Counted from the stretch's first letter, positions 1 through 12,565 are shown. The stretch is 64,000 nt of DNA from Guillardia theta CCMP2712 (GCF_000315625.1 NW_005434624.1:513100-577099), one strand, 5' to 3'. The notes: generated by a model from the letters alone, not told the origin. Made by a program: numbers and translations.

Positions 1-17
1 TGATACAAGGTACCCAC

Positions 18-1572
18 ATGGCAGCGCGAGGGCTCACGATCGTCGTTCTGATCCTCTCGCTATGCTCGCCCTCCTGGTGCTTCTCTTCCCTGCTGACTCG
101 CATCTTTCAGCTCCGAAGCTCTCCTTCCTCCAGACCCTCTCCTCCTCCTCGTTGTGTCAGCATGAAGGTTGCGAGTGACGCCATGGTGTTGCGCGGGCAG
201 AGGGTCTTGGTAACAGGCGCCGGGAGAGGGATAGGACGGGCGATTGCTCTGATATGTGCAGAGCAGGGAGCAAAGGTGATGCATCAATATCTTTGATCTG
301 CTGCCTTCCTGTCCTTCAGTCCCATGACCCACTTTGCTGTTCGATCCTCGTTTTTCCTTCTGCCCCGATGGTCTTCCTGTGCTGACCCTGCTGTCGTCAT
401 AGGTAGCGCTCATGTCTCGCACAGAGGAGGAGCTCAAGGCGGTAGCTGAGGAGGTGAAGAAGGCGCATGGCGAGGAGGCGCTTTACCTTCCCGTCGATGT
501 CACCAACGAGGGGCAAGTGGAACGAGCTGTGCAGAGCGTGGTGGAGAAGTGGGGGGGGATCGACATTCTGGTGAACAATGCAGGAGCCGCCTGCGAGAAG
601 AAACCAGCGTACGAGCAGTCGGTGGAGGAGTTCCGTAAGCTGTTGGAGATCAACACTGTGTCTGTGCTGTCAGTGACCAAGTCGGTCATCAACCAATCGA
701 TGCTGCCGAATAAGAAGGGAAAGATAATTAACATCTCCTCTCGAGCCGGGAAGGTCGGGTACAAGAACATGCTCCCATACTGTAAGTCATGGCGGGGAGG
801 GTGGATGTGTGTGGAAGTTTGATAGCGATAGCGAGTGTGCGTGTGGATGTGATGTGATGTGATGTGATGTTATGTGATGTGATGTGATGTGATGTGATGT
901 GATGTGATGTGATGTGATATGATGTGATGTGCCAAAATCTGAAAGCCGCCTTGCAGGTTCTTCCAAGTTTGCGCTCGAAGGTCTCACGGCCGCTCTGGCT
1001 CAGGTGAAGTTGAGAGGGCGGGTGGAAGATGCTGAGGAGACGTCAGGATGTCAAGGACCTGGGAATCACCGTCAACTCAATCTCCCCTGGGATGGTGGAC
1101 ACTAAGAGTTTCCCCAAGGCTGAAGGGCAGGCAGGGGTAAGATTTGATGACGGAGAGGAGGAGGAGAGGAGGGAAAGGGGAAAGGAGGAGAGGAAGAGGG
1201 AAAGGGGGAAGAGGGATATGGAGAGGAGAAGAAACAAAAAAAGTGGTTGAGGAGGAGAAATTGGAGAAATTTGTGTAGAAAGAGCTATAGTGAAGGCTGA
1301 GGAGTTTTCTGAGGCTTTTCGATGCAGGTCAGGACAGCGGAGAGCATCCGAGATGGCCTACTTGCTCTGGTATGGCTTATCAAAGTTTAACGCCAGTGTG
1401 ATCATGGCGGCAGATGCTGAGTGATGAGACTGGGAAGTATATTCACGTCGACGAGTTCGATGCCGCAGTCGAGAAAGTACGAGGAACTACAAGAGGACAG
1501 TCTTCTGACATGTCACAGGGCGACATGAAGAAGGCATTCAAGAACATTCATGAAGATGCTTTCCAGGTCTGA
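18..1572 (+). CDS. Short-chain dehydrogenase/reductase (SDR), multi-exon, probably plastid-targeted
   Basis: VLVTGAGRGIG (TGxxxGxG), DILVNNAG, IINISS, YCSSK (YxxxK across an intron), VNSISPG. GT-AG introns, e.g. 276-402. Hydrophobic signal followed by SWC-F and an S/R/P-rich transit-like segment. Confidence 0.9.
845..930. repeat. (GTGAT)n microsatellite in an SDR intron
   Basis: Direct tandem gatgt repeats. Confidence 0.95.
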
Positions 1573-1699
1573 TCGACAAGGGCAGTCGCCAGTTAGTCAA
1601 GGAACTTGCAGCTTGCGATGTGGCTGTCGTTTATAGATGAAACGATTTGCGAACTGAGATCGAGTCAAAATGCATCTGTTGTTGTAACCCTCAAGACAT

Positions 1700-4600
1700 C
1701 TAAAAGAAGTTGGCAAACATGAAGTGATCGGCCTCTCTTGTCTGCGGCCTTGGTGGGTCTTGTCGTTCTTCTCCTCTTCCCGTCCGCGTCTTCCTCTCCT
1801 TGTGCTGTCCCGCTTTTTCCCTCGACTGCTTCCCTCCCTCTACTTCCGCGCTCTTTCTCGTTCCTCCCTTGCTCTGCTCTTCCCCGTCTCCCTTGTGCTT
1901 CTCTTTCTCACTTTTCCCTTTCCCTTCTCCTTTTCCCCACCGACTGGACAGCGGCGTCAGCGACGGAGTCCAGCTTGCGATAGCCTGCGATGCTGAGGGT
2001 GTAGAGGAGGATGAACGGGGAGGGGGAGGGAGGGAGGGGAGAGAAACGTCAGCAGAGGTCTCGCAGGAAAGGCTCTCGTCTACTTGCTCGGGGCCTCGGA
2101 GGCTTCATCCAGGCAGCTGCCACAGGAAGCTTCCCTGCTCCTGCTCCCTCCCCTTGTCTGCCCTGCGTTGGTCGCTCCCTCCTCCCGAATCGATCCTCCG
2201 CCTGCAGTCGTTTGACATATGGGAGGAAGAGCGACAGAAAACCTTGTCGGGCTTGGGAGGGGCGGATCGAGGCCGTGGAGGAGGAGCAGAGCGAGGACGA
2301 GGACGAGGACGAGGAAGAGGACGAGGAGCAAACGAGGAAGGGGAACCAGGGCGTACAGGCCCTGCATGCTTCCCCGTCCTCTTGCTTGTCTTCTTCGCCT
2401 CTTCGAGAGGAGCGAAGATAACTCCACTGACACTGAGGCAACGAGGAAGGAGAAGCTTGCGGAGGACAAGCTCGAGAGCTTCTGATGGGGAGGAGGGGGC
2501 AGTGAGAGAGCTTGAGGAGAGGAAGTAGAGGAAAGACAGTTTGAGGAGGAGGAGGAGGAAATGAGGGAGGGAGATTTTGTCCAGATTCGAAGAGCTCGTC
2601 TGCCTCTCCTCTTGTCTTCTCCTTTTCTTCTCCTTCCTTGCATCTTGAAGACGATGAACAAGCGAAAGATACTCTACTCTTGTCATATCCCCTTGTCCGC
2701 CACTGCTTGTCTGCTGGTAAAGGGGTTGTTACATCGCTCACACAAACAACTTCTGATATCTTCACAAGCGCTCTCATTCTGTCATCACAAGAATGTGCAT
2801 CAACGCTTCAATCATCATATTGAAAAACATTCAGACAACAAAACTCTTTACTATTGCCATCTGTTCATCTTCACAGCCATCACTTTTCTTATCTCTCCCT
2901 CCATCATCCCCAGCATTTGAAAACTTTCATATTCCTTTCTCTGACCTGCATCATCGACTTGACTTCCATCTCCGAGAAGTACAACTCAAGCAGACTCGCA
3001 ATGGTCCCACATGGAAGTCTCCCTGCTCGGGAGTTCCAGCCAAGACTGTGACAGAAGAAAAGTCAGCTCGCAATCGCTTGGCGTGATTGAGTGGGAAACA
3101 AGCAATGAGTCGTCAAGGTCCGATGTAGAAGGAAAGGAAGAAAACGGTCACCCTGATTTCAGACACAAGTTTGAGTCTTTCTCGTCGAAGGCCTTCAAGA
3201 CGCTGTCGTCTGAAACAACCTCCTGCTGATCACAGTTATCGTATCGTTGACTTGTAGACTAGTGTCGCACTACTCTCCCACCTCTTCCTCTTCCAGAGCT
3301 CTTTCCACAACCTCTGGTTGCGGTGCAAACACGTGCTCTCTTATCTTCTTGTCGTCCAGCCCGCCCCCGCCAGAGGTAAAGCCGCACTCCCTCGCCATGT
3401 CGAGCTGACAGTTGTCATGTCATCTCGCAAGAGTTCCAACGAGCAAGTTACAAAATCTTGCTGGGTGAGGTAGTCTTTCTCTCTCACAAGCTGGGCGGTT
3501 GAGACGATGTCATCGTCGATGATGCGCTTCATGTGCTTGTGCTTGCTGTAGAAGTGAAAGATCTTGAGGTGACGTCAGCAAGACAGTCGGAGCAACAAGA
3601 ACTGAGTTGTGGACCTGATATAGCACTTTGAAGTTTCTCGTGAGGACAGCTTGTAGGTAGATCGCCTCCTCAGCCCTGCTAGGATTCGATTCTTGGCTCC
3701 TCTGATCAACAAGAAAACTCTAAGTTATACAGAGCAATGAGATAGCAGCGAAGACATGATGCTTATCCACGACATCGGCTATGACATTGGAGATCTTGAA
3801 ATCATTGTTTGATGAGAATTTCACGATAGAAACCTCATCTTCCTGCAGAAGAATCATTTCAATCATGTATGATATTTCAAGCAGATCACTTCTTCGTAGA
3901 ATGGTTCATTGACCATGAAATCTTTGTTATTGTCTTCAAACATCACGACAGAGGTCTGTTTCTCTCCGACAGGTGACTTTCTTTCGGCAGTCTATTGAAA
4001 AAGACATCTCCTGTTACATCTCCATTGATTGCACCTCGATCAAACACCTTCATGTTCTTCTTGCGTGTCGAGGCAAGTTGCTCCATCATGGACATGTTTG
4101 TCTTTCAAAGTAATCAGTGCCAGCAATCACAATCAACTCTACTTGCCAGCAGCTGTTGTTTCTGCTCGTCTGCTTCAGTCTGCACTTGCCGTTTCACCCT
4201 CATCTCCATCTCCTGCACGTCAAAAACTCTTTCAGTCTCGTTCTTCCCCTTCTCTTCATTTCACTTTCCTCGGATATCCTTGCTTCCTCCAAGAAGAAGG
4301 TCTTGAGCGCTGCCTCCAACCGCCTGACTGCTTTCTCAGCAGTGACCTTCTCCTGCAAACTGCTCTCCAACTTGACGCAGCTCAGTCATTTCCGGCAACA
4401 CTGTCAGCGCTGGGTTGCTCTGCGTTACCTCTTGCTTCTTGGCTTCCACAGCTTCGATAAGATGCTTCATATCAGCATCATCGAACTTCTCATCTTCTTC
4501 AACTTCAAGTTGTCTTGTCTCCTCTTGCACTTCTCTCTCGAGCTCATCAATCTTGTTGCGCCAGGTCACCTCCTGCGGAACGTAAGTGATCCACAATCAC

Positions 4601-6380
4601 GGTCCATTCACATCGTCAACGCAGGAGAGGTACAAAGTCAACGACGAGACAACGAACTCAACTCCGCAATCTCCAACTCGAACGCGTATACCTCATCTGT
4701 GAGCTTGTCTCGCAGACGATGGAAATACTCAAGTTGGCATCTTGCTCCCTCGACCTGCTCCTTCATCTCTTCGTTGGCTTGCTTGTTCATCCTCATCCTC
4801 TCGAGATGCTCTTGCAACTTCTCCGTCAACATTTCTCGTCGCTCCCACGCCTCCATCATGTCGCTCCTGACTTGTTGCCACTCGTCCTGGGACCTCTAGT
4901 CATTGATCAAGGCTGAGCAACATGATGATGATCAGGCAAAGTGTGCAAGGGTGAACAAGCAGGTGGAAGGGATTCGTCATCAACAACAGTGACCCTGATA
5001 GCAACTCACTCTGGCTGTCTTCAAGGTTGCATCTTCCACCTCCCCAATATCATGCTCAACATCCCACTTCGACATCATCTCCATCATCTCATCCCTCGTC
5101 TCTGCCCTGCTCAGCCTAGGCAACCAAACTTTCCCCCTCTGTCTCTCAGCCCATTCTCCCGTCATCCTGAAGGTCGACGCCCTTCGGTTCTTGTTCGGAG
5201 ATGTCGAGGGCTCATCATCTTTCCCCTTGGCATTCAAATCCTCATCGACCAGTTGGCTGAGGGTGAGAGATCGAACGAGACCTCTCTCTGCTACAAGATG
5301 CTGCTGCTTCTCTACCTTCTCTCTTCGCCAGCCTGTCGCCCTCCTCCGCTCCCCCGCCATCATCTTTTTCCTTACTCCCTCTCCCCGCAGTTCTTCTGAA
5401 GGAGATTGCGGGCGATCGTTCTCTCGAAGAACTTGAGCGATCGTATCGTCTGCACGTCATGGCATCAACAGGTGTGCAAAAACTTTCTCCTCCTTCTCCT
5501 CCTTTCCTCGCTCCCACCTGTGAGAAGGTCAAGAAGAGGTTCAAGCTTCAAGTTTCCCTCGTCATTGCGGTCAACCCGCTCCATCGCTCTCTCCCATACA
5601 GTCATGGCATCCCTCCTACACCAGTGTCAGCCATCGCAAGTCGAAGCCCTCCTCTCGCGTCTCCTCGTCTCCCTCCTCACTGAAGGCGAAGATCTTGAAC
5701 TTGAGCTCTGATGACTTGCTTAAAGCTTTTCAAGCTGATGTACAATGCTCCTCCACTGCTCTCCTCACTGCTCTCGGCCAGCGCCCGGATGAGGCTCTTC
5801 TGCTTCAGAGCATGACCATTCGATTGACCCACTGGCGATGCTGCACGATCGGCAATGGGGGTTGCAGACACCCATTCCCCCGCTACCTCCACCTGCGGGC
5901 ACCATTACCCAGCAGCTTACACCGCCACCATCACCTTGCAGAGTTGGCCGATAAACTTGGAAGCTGCGGCTCCCCCCCCATGCCTCAGCTCAACCCCACG
6001 AACTACATCGCGATGCGCGATGGACAACTGAGAGAAAGGAATCTCTCCCTCGTTGGGAACCCATCGCTCAAGCCTCTTCCTCTTGGAGAGAAAGTGCTGG
6101 ACCCTCAGGTCAAGATCACTGAACGACGAAGACATGTATCCTCGTCAGCTCGGTCGACGTGGAGCTTCGAAGATTCTCATGTCAGGAAAGAACAATCTCG
6201 TGGAACAAGAGCTCACTGTCTCAGGCTGCGGGTGTTTTCGAGTTCAGCACTTGTCTTCCTTCGAGTGCTGCCCCGTTGCCAGCATAGTCTTCTTCCCTCC
6301 AAGACAACCACTGGGCCGTTGTCCCTTCATCACTGACTTCAGATGCCCTTCCAAGGCTTGCAGCGAGCCCCTGGCATTTC
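1700..6380 (-). CDS. Large multi-exon hypothetical protein, coiled-coil rich; boundaries approximate, could be more than one gene
   Basis: Minus-strand exon-like ORFs 4336-4596 and 4638-4859 with E/K/R/L heptad character, plus 4980-5363 and 5917-6135, flanked by splice-like signals. No family recognised. Confidence 0.5.
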
Positions 6381-6449
6381 TAGCAATGAGAGTCAAAACC
6401 AGTCAAAACCCTCTTGCTGAGAGTTCAACTGCCGCTCGATTTATCGGAG

Positions 6450-7000
6450 TCACACCGACGGTGACTGACAGACTCAGTGATAGCACATTGATCGGACCGC
6501 CGTGCAGTGCCTCGGATCAGCCGGGGGCCCCGGGCCCGGTAATCCGAGTCGTGCCGGGCCCGGGGGGGCGACCGTACCGTGTACCTTACTTACTCTTTAC
6601 TCAAACTTCCGTTAAGTTCAACTAGTACGCCGTCGGAAGTACTCGGGCGACGCCGCCGGCCGGCGACGCCGAGCCCCGCGCCGGCGGCCACCCTGACCCG
6701 CACGCCGCAGCCTGAGGACCTTGAGGACAGTGTCAGGGTCAAGCCTCCTCGACTCTCCTGATTGTCCTCGTACTGATTTTTAACTTAACTTTGAGTAAAG
6801 AGAGCCGAGGGCCGGCCGTGCGGGTCAATTGGCGGCAACTTAACTTTCAACGGAGTAAAGAGGCGGCAACCGTGAACGGCTGGGATCACTGAGCCTCAGG
6901 CTGGGTCAACGCTGCGCCCGAGTCGCTTTATCCGGGCCTACGATCATAAAGATCTCGTCCTCATGACGAGTCAGACCGTCATGAGTCCGAGACTCGAGAG
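6450..7000. other. GC/CpG-rich intergenic island with three copies or variants of the dispersed TTAACTTTGAGTAAAG motif
   Basis: Dense ccgg/gggccc/gagtc words. Motif at 6755-6800; degenerate copies at ~6595-6629 (opposite orientation) and ~6836-6860. Confidence 0.75.
6755..6800 (+). repeat. Dispersed 46-bp motif matching the 3' terminus of the non-LTR element
   Basis: ctcctgattgtcctcgtactgatttttaacttaactttgagtaaag, near-identical to the reverse complement of 9500-9545. Confidence 0.9.
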
Positions 7001-7277
7001 TTTCATCATGCTTCAAGTTCGTCTCTTGGTTTCATGTGATATGGCCAAGTTCATCATTATGTCGTAGAGCTCTACACCATTCTTCCGTGGATCACAATCA
7101 TCATCATCATCTCTATCTCTTCTGAGAGCGGCTGAATCATCACCAGAGTCCCTAGACACGTGAGCTGGTGTGAATGTAAGCACCCTTTCTTTACATAAAG
7201 ATCATAGACAACTATTTTTCGAGATCACTCACCAACGGAGCGATTTCTGATAGTACTACAATGATTCAGCAATACTT

Positions 7278-7694
7278 CTATATCTTGCTGGTCACTAGAC
7301 AGAGGTCGACTGGCTGAGCATTCGAGAAAAATATAACGGGATCCATATCAGTGGCATCCATGTACCACTCCAGCCATGCCGTATCCCAGCAGACGGGAAC
7401 TGGTGCTTCTCCTCTCCTCTGGCCATCAGTGCGCAATTCCTCCTTGTCCTTGTACTCGCGTTGTCTTGTCTGGGAGCTCGTGCCCTTGGTGTACGGCCAG
7501 CGCTGGATCCCGAGCCTCCGGCACGCAGCCTTGAAGCTCGTCAGGCACACCCCGAGCTGCTCGGCTGCCTCCTCTTGCCGGACGTGGAAGAGGCCCTGCA
7601 GAAGCTGAGCGTCGAGGGTGACCTCTCGCTGGAGGGTTGCTGGGGAGGTGTGTTTTCTTGGGCGGGGGACGATCTTGACCTCATCGAGCTGCAT
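7278..7694 (-). CDS. RWP-RK domain transcription factor (copy 1, intronless)
   Basis: LFHVRQEEAAEQLGVCLTSFKAACRRLGIQRWPYTK; C-terminal WLEWYMDATDMDP. Confidence 0.88.
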   Translation of the reverse strand: MQLDEVKIVPRPRKHTSPATLQREVTLDAQLLQGLFHVRQEEAAEQLGVCLTSFKAACRRLGIQRWPYTKGTSSQTRQREYKDKEELRTDGQRRGEAPVPVCWDTAWLEWYMDATDMDPVIFFSNAQPVDLCLVTSKI

Positions 7695-8367
7695 GTTGTA
7701 TGCTGCAAGTGGATTGGGGTAGGAAGGGCAGAGATTGATTATCGGATGAAACAGGAAGTGAGGAATTCAAGGGAGGTGGGGGGCAGTTGTAGGGGGAAGA
7801 GCGGGGGAGCTCTCTGGAAAGAAGGGGAGCAAAACTGGAGGACTGTTTTGACGGTGTGTTATCAGCGAAAAGAAATAAAGAGCCTTTTATGAAGCGTTGA
7901 GAGTAGAGCATTTTCAGCCTTACAGGGCACGTCGCATCGGGTCATCAGTCATCAGAGTCGTCAGATCCGGGACGGGCCCAGTCGCAACTTTCCAAGTTCC
8001 GATTCACTGCACTGAGATCGCCGTGCGGCAGCGGAACTCAGATAGAACAGTGGTCCAATAAGGGTAAGAACCAGGGCTCGGACATTCCAAACATTCCAAT
8101 CAAAGCTTGAAAGTCAGCGAGGCAGCTCTCATGCGCGGCATGCTTGGTTGGATCCTAGTAGCATCGGATTTCGTGTTACAACAAATTTCAACATGTATGA
8201 GATTTAAAGAAGATACAACGAGCTGCGGATGCGGCAAAACTCTTAAGTCTACCAAAAGTTCTTAGGTTCCGGGAGCTCGTGAACAACTTGCCAGTTGCCT
8301 CGGAATCAGTGGCATCAAGGTAGTTGAATCGGCCGCAGAAGCACACCTGGCATACCCGAGTCTTTTT

Positions 8368-9018
8368 TTACATCAAGTAATCATACATGTCATTTCTAGC
8401 TTTGTGTAAAGGTGTCTGCAAGTAAGCATCATTGATGGCAAAGTTCCAAACCACTGGATCTGAGTCCGTCGCTTCCATGTACCAAGCCAGCCACGCCGTG
8501 TCCCCGTGCCCCAGTACCGCCTCATCCTCCCTCCATCCCTCACCTCCTCCCTCTCTCACAGCAGCTTCTGGCAAGCTCTCCGCGTCTGCATGGTCATGTT
8601 CTCCGTGTCGTGGTGCTGAGACCTGGCCGAGCAACCAACCTGGTGTCCCTGCGCCTGAGCTCGATCTGTTGGCGTGAGACCAGTAGGCGCTGCTGTCTGC
8701 GAGTGGATCCGACGAGGCTGATGAAGGCGATGGCGATGATGCTGACTCTGAGCCTGTCTGAGACTCGCGGGATGGTACGCCGGGTCTGCCGTTGCGCTGA
8801 CTCATGCCCTTGGTGTACGGCCAGCGCTGGATCCCGAGCCTCCGGCACGCAGCCTTGAAGCTCGTCAGGCACACCCCGAGCTGCTCGGCTGCCTCCTCTT
8901 GCCGGACGTGGAAGAGGCCCTGCAGAAGCTGAGCGTCGAGGGTGACCTCTCGCTGGAGGGTTGCTGGGGAGGTGTGTTTTCTTGGGCGGGGGACGATCTT
9001 GACCTCATCGAGCTGCAT
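8368..9018 (-). CDS. RWP-RK domain transcription factor (copy 2)
   Basis: Same RWP-RK domain as copy 1; start MQLDEV at 9018; C-terminal WLAWYMEATDSDP. Confidence 0.88.
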   Translation of the reverse strand: MQLDEVKIVPRPRKHTSPATLQREVTLDAQLLQGLFHVRQEEAAEQLGVCLTSFKAACRRLGIQRWPYTKGMSQRNGRPGVPSRESQTGSESASSPSPSSASSDPLADSSAYWSHANRSSSGAGTPGWLLGQVSAPRHGEHDHADAESLPEAAVREGGGEGWREDEAVLGHGDTAWLAWYMEATDSDPVVWNFAINDAYLQTPLHKARNDMYDYLM

Positions 9019-9499
9019 GTTGAAGTTGGATAACGAGCGGAGTGGTGAGCAGTAGAAAATCAGTTGTAGTGATAGGGAATGCAGAAGCAAATCTTGAAGA
9101 GAGGTTGGAGAGAGACGTGGGTCTGCCGCGTGGAAGCAGGAACTTGGCAGCGCGGGATGAGCTTTCGATGGAGAAGTGCGGAAGAATTGGATTTTGGGTG
9201 TAGGGGAAAGTGAAACGTTTCAGTTTTGGCGGTCCGGATGCCACGAGGAGACGACAAGATGCAGAGCACAGTTTTTTGAGTACCCCTTCTTTTCTATGTA
9301 AATCAAGGGGTCATCAAGCGGTACGACATGTCAACCGGTAAGCTGACTTTTACTATTGGTAGATTTTCAGAATTGGATGTAGTAAAACCCTCTTGCTTAC
9401 AGTCATCTTGGCCGTGACGTCAATCTAGAGAATTCTGCAATGGAAGGTCATCACGGACTCCAGGATAGCGCCATGAGCTCGGATATGGGCCAGCAAACA

Positions 9500-10600
9500 C
9501 TTTACTCAAAGTTAAGTTAAAAATCAGTACGAGGCTAATCAGGAGATTGGCCATACGGCAAACCTTATCCGGCGCATTGCTGTCCTCCAAACTTAACTGA
9601 TACCTTCACTTAACTGCGCGCAGGCGCCATGCCAGGGATGTCGCCGTGGCCGCCGCCGAAGGAATGAGACGCATACCGGAACGCACCCGCGATGATGGCA
9701 GCGAAGGACAGGGAGGCCTTGAGCTGACGAAAGCTCCTGGACCGGATGCGTTTGCAAGTCGGATCACCTGAGACATCTTGCGAGGCCGAGAGACCATCCA
9801 GCGCTGCCGTTTCCTTGTTCACCGAGCGATCCGCCAGCCACCACAGAAAGAGCAACGCATCATCCTGCAAGAATCCATCAGTGCTGGCGATGATGGGAAG
9901 GAAGGCCTTTGGCGGGACTTGCTGAGCATATGCATTACGATGCCCTCGGATCTTCCACTGTGCTGCTGCTTGCAGTTTTCTCCGAGCCTGGTCGGGGATC
10001 CCATCATTGTCAAAAACATGTGACATGCTGAAGTCCAGGATTAAGCCATACCATTGGACTCCAGTAGCCTGCAATTGCAGAAGTTCAAAATCCCCTGCGT
10101 GATGATCTTCAAGGCCATGTTGGGAAACGTTCTGCCTGGTGCCGGGAACGCATTGCACGTGGACGCGGCATCTAAATCCTGAATCTTTGATGAGGGTACT
10201 GAGGACGGCATTGCATTTCTCATGCGCATCAGTGAATAACGGGCTGCGGTGCCTGCAGGTTGCCATGTGTGTGGTCCCCCCAGGGTGACAGAGAAGATCG
10301 TGGCATTTATCGCAGTGCGGCGAGAAGTCAATCGGCAGTCCATGAAGAAATTTGTCAGCGGCAGCCACCAAGCTGATGGCCATAGTCAGTCACTTATCGG
10401 ATTCCCGCGTATGCCACCGTTGGGTTTGGCATTCAGTGCAGCCCTGCCCGGCGGGTTGTGCGGAGGTTGGTTCTCTGACTGTGCAACACTGCAGACAATG
10501 ATCAAATAGTCGAAAGAACCTCGTCAACCCCAGAGTAAAAATCACCCGGGTCAGTGAGCTTCGGAAATCAACTAGTCCCGTGGAATGCATTCATCCGAGT
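9500..10600 (-). mobile_element. 5'-truncated CRE/R2-type non-LTR retrotransposon fragment (CCHC knuckle + restriction-like endonuclease + 3' UTR), degenerate
   Basis: ORF 9610-10383: HGLPI..CDKC..H..C knuckle, then AH, AGD (PD-like), LILDFSMSH, AAAQWK..Y, FLPIIASTDG, the RLE motif order. In-frame TGA at 10390-10392 where WL is expected. About 110-nt 3' UTR ending in the dispersed motif. No RT domain in the window; 5' boundary approximate. Confidence 0.8.
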
Positions 10601-10723
10601 TTCACCGTCACGGGGAGGCATCATTACAAAGCATTACTCGCCACATTCATTCAATCTGAACCGAGTCACAACCAATTACTGCACAAAAGTAGATTCCTCT
10701 TTACCCCTAAAACAACGTGATAC

Positions 10724-11395
10724 TTATTTTGATGAAAACGCTCCATAAACACAAACACATCGGTGCTCCATTGGACCGCGAAAATAACATGAACGAAGTG
10801 GATCTTCAAGAATCGGGCCTTCGAATATAACTGGATCTGAGTCCGTCGCTTCCATGTACCAAGCCAGCCACGCCGTGTCCCCGTGCCCCAGTACCGCCTC
10901 ATCCTCCCTCCATCCCTCACCTCCTCCCTCTCTCACAGCAGCTTCTGGCAAGCTCTCCGCGTCTGCATGGTCATGTTCTCCGTGTCGTGGTGCTGAGACC
11001 TGGCCGAGCAACCAACCTGGTGTCCCTGCGCCTGAGCTCGATCTGTTGGCGTGAGACCAGTAGGCGCTGCTGTCTGCGAGTGGATCCGACGAGGCTGATG
11101 AAGGCGATGGCGATGATGCTGACTCTGAGCCTGTCTGAGACTCGCGGGATGGTACGCCGGGTCTGCCGTTGCGCTGACTCATGCCCTTGGTGTACGGCCA
11201 GCGCTGGATCCCGAGCCTCCGGCACGCAGCCTTGAAGCTCGTCAGGCACACCCCGAGCTGCTCGGCTGCCTCCTCTTGCCGGACGTGGAAGAGGCCCTGC
11301 AGAAGCTGAGCGTCGAGGGTGACCTCTCGCTGGAGGGTTGCTGGGGAGGTGTGTTTTCTTGGGCGGGGGACGATCTTGACCTCATCGAGCTGCAT
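10724..11395 (-). CDS. RWP-RK domain transcription factor (copy 3)
   Basis: 10830-11399 appears identical to 8453-9022; different C-terminal tail. Confidence 0.88.
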   Translation of the reverse strand: MQLDEVKIVPRPRKHTSPATLQREVTLDAQLLQGLFHVRQEEAAEQLGVCLTSFKAACRRLGIQRWPYTKGMSQRNGRPGVPSRESQTGSESASSPSPSSASSDPLADSSAYWSHANRSSSGAGTPGWLLGQVSAPRHGEHDHADAESLPEAAVREGGGEGWREDEAVLGHGDTAWLAWYMEATDSDPVIFEGPILEDPLRSCYFRGPMEHRCVCVYGAFSSK

Positions 11396-11789
11396 GTTGT
11401 TATCTGTGGATGTACGTGATGCGTTCTGTCTGTGAGATTGGATGTAGGATTGGTTAAGTCGAATCAGGGGAAAGATATTGGGGAAACAATCAATCGATGA
11501 AGTGGGGAAAGAGGAAAGAATGGGACCTTAACATAGGGGGCTGATAACAAGGGAAGGAAAAACCGCATCGTTCCAGAAAAATACTTTTGGTCCGGATGCC
11601 ACTCTGACTCAGCAGATAGACAGGTCCCACTCACCCACCTAACTCAGTACCAGCTGTGCAACGAGAAATAGGTGGGTAGTCCAAGGGCCGACGGAATTGA
11701 GGGGTATTTTACCACAGGGTGGAAGACCTTTACTCCTGGCATCCAGAGCTTTCTCTGACTGGGTAACTTACAGTAACTTACCTCCGGTG

Positions 11790-12520
11790 ATACCGTGACG
11801 TTCAATCAGTGCCAGATTCCGCTGTGCGCGCCCGGCCAGGCTAGCCTCGGAGCGCGGTGGCGCTCTGACGGCCGAAGTTTACTCAAAGTTAAGTTAAAGA
11901 TCTCAGTTCGAGAACAAGCCTCAGTGTCAGTGAATCCGAGGCCGGCGAGTCGGAGACTCTCAGCCTGGCCCGGTGAGTCGACTACCGTGAGTCCGGCGGC
12001 GGCGAGGCCCTGAGGCTCCGGGGCGGCCTGGGAGGCTTGACCCGGGGCAGCCTGCTCTGTCGCACAGCCTGCCACTGCCACTGCTGCCGCCGGCGGCCCC
12101 CGGGCCCACTGCCAGCGCTGGACCGTACGGTACCCCGTTTGAAAATTCCCGGAGTCCGGCGCCGCGGGCCGGGCCCCGCGCGGCACCACTGGCATCACCC
12201 GCCGGGCCCGGGCGCCGCCCGCGGCCCGGCCGGCCGCCGGGCAGCGCGCCGCCGCACTGAGTGCCGCACGCGGCGCTGGCGCCAGTGCGGCATGTGATGT
12301 ACGGTGCAACTGAGTGACCCGGCGCCGCGGCGCCGCGCGCCACCAACTGAGGCCCGAGACGCACTCAGCGGCCGCTGATACCAGAATCGCGGCCCCGGGG
12401 CGAGCGGCTGAGTGCTGAGCCGCCGCCGCGGCCGGCGGCCGGGTAGATGATGCCCCCGGGCCCTGCCGATGCCCGGCCCGGCTAAGAGTGGGGATGATGT
12501 CCCAATAATCGGCATGGTCG
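11790..12520. other. GC/CpG-rich intergenic island with a dispersed motif copy at 11878-11920
   Basis: Very GC-rich; tttactcaaagttaagttaaagatctcagttcgagaacaag. Confidence 0.75.
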
Positions 12521-12565
12521 GATTGAAGTGAACGAGCGGGCGAGGGGTAAGAGCGTGTGCTGGAG

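Noticed and set aside
8281-8340. Minus-strand YLDATDSE resembling the RWP-RK tail motif
   Set aside because: Lacks both Trp residues and lies beyond the stop of copy 2; too short to support.
10741-10760. caaacac as a possible target-site duplication of the non-LTR fragment (cf. 9494-9500)
   Set aside because: Only 7 bp, inside the RWP-RK copy 3 ORF and away from the apparent element boundary.
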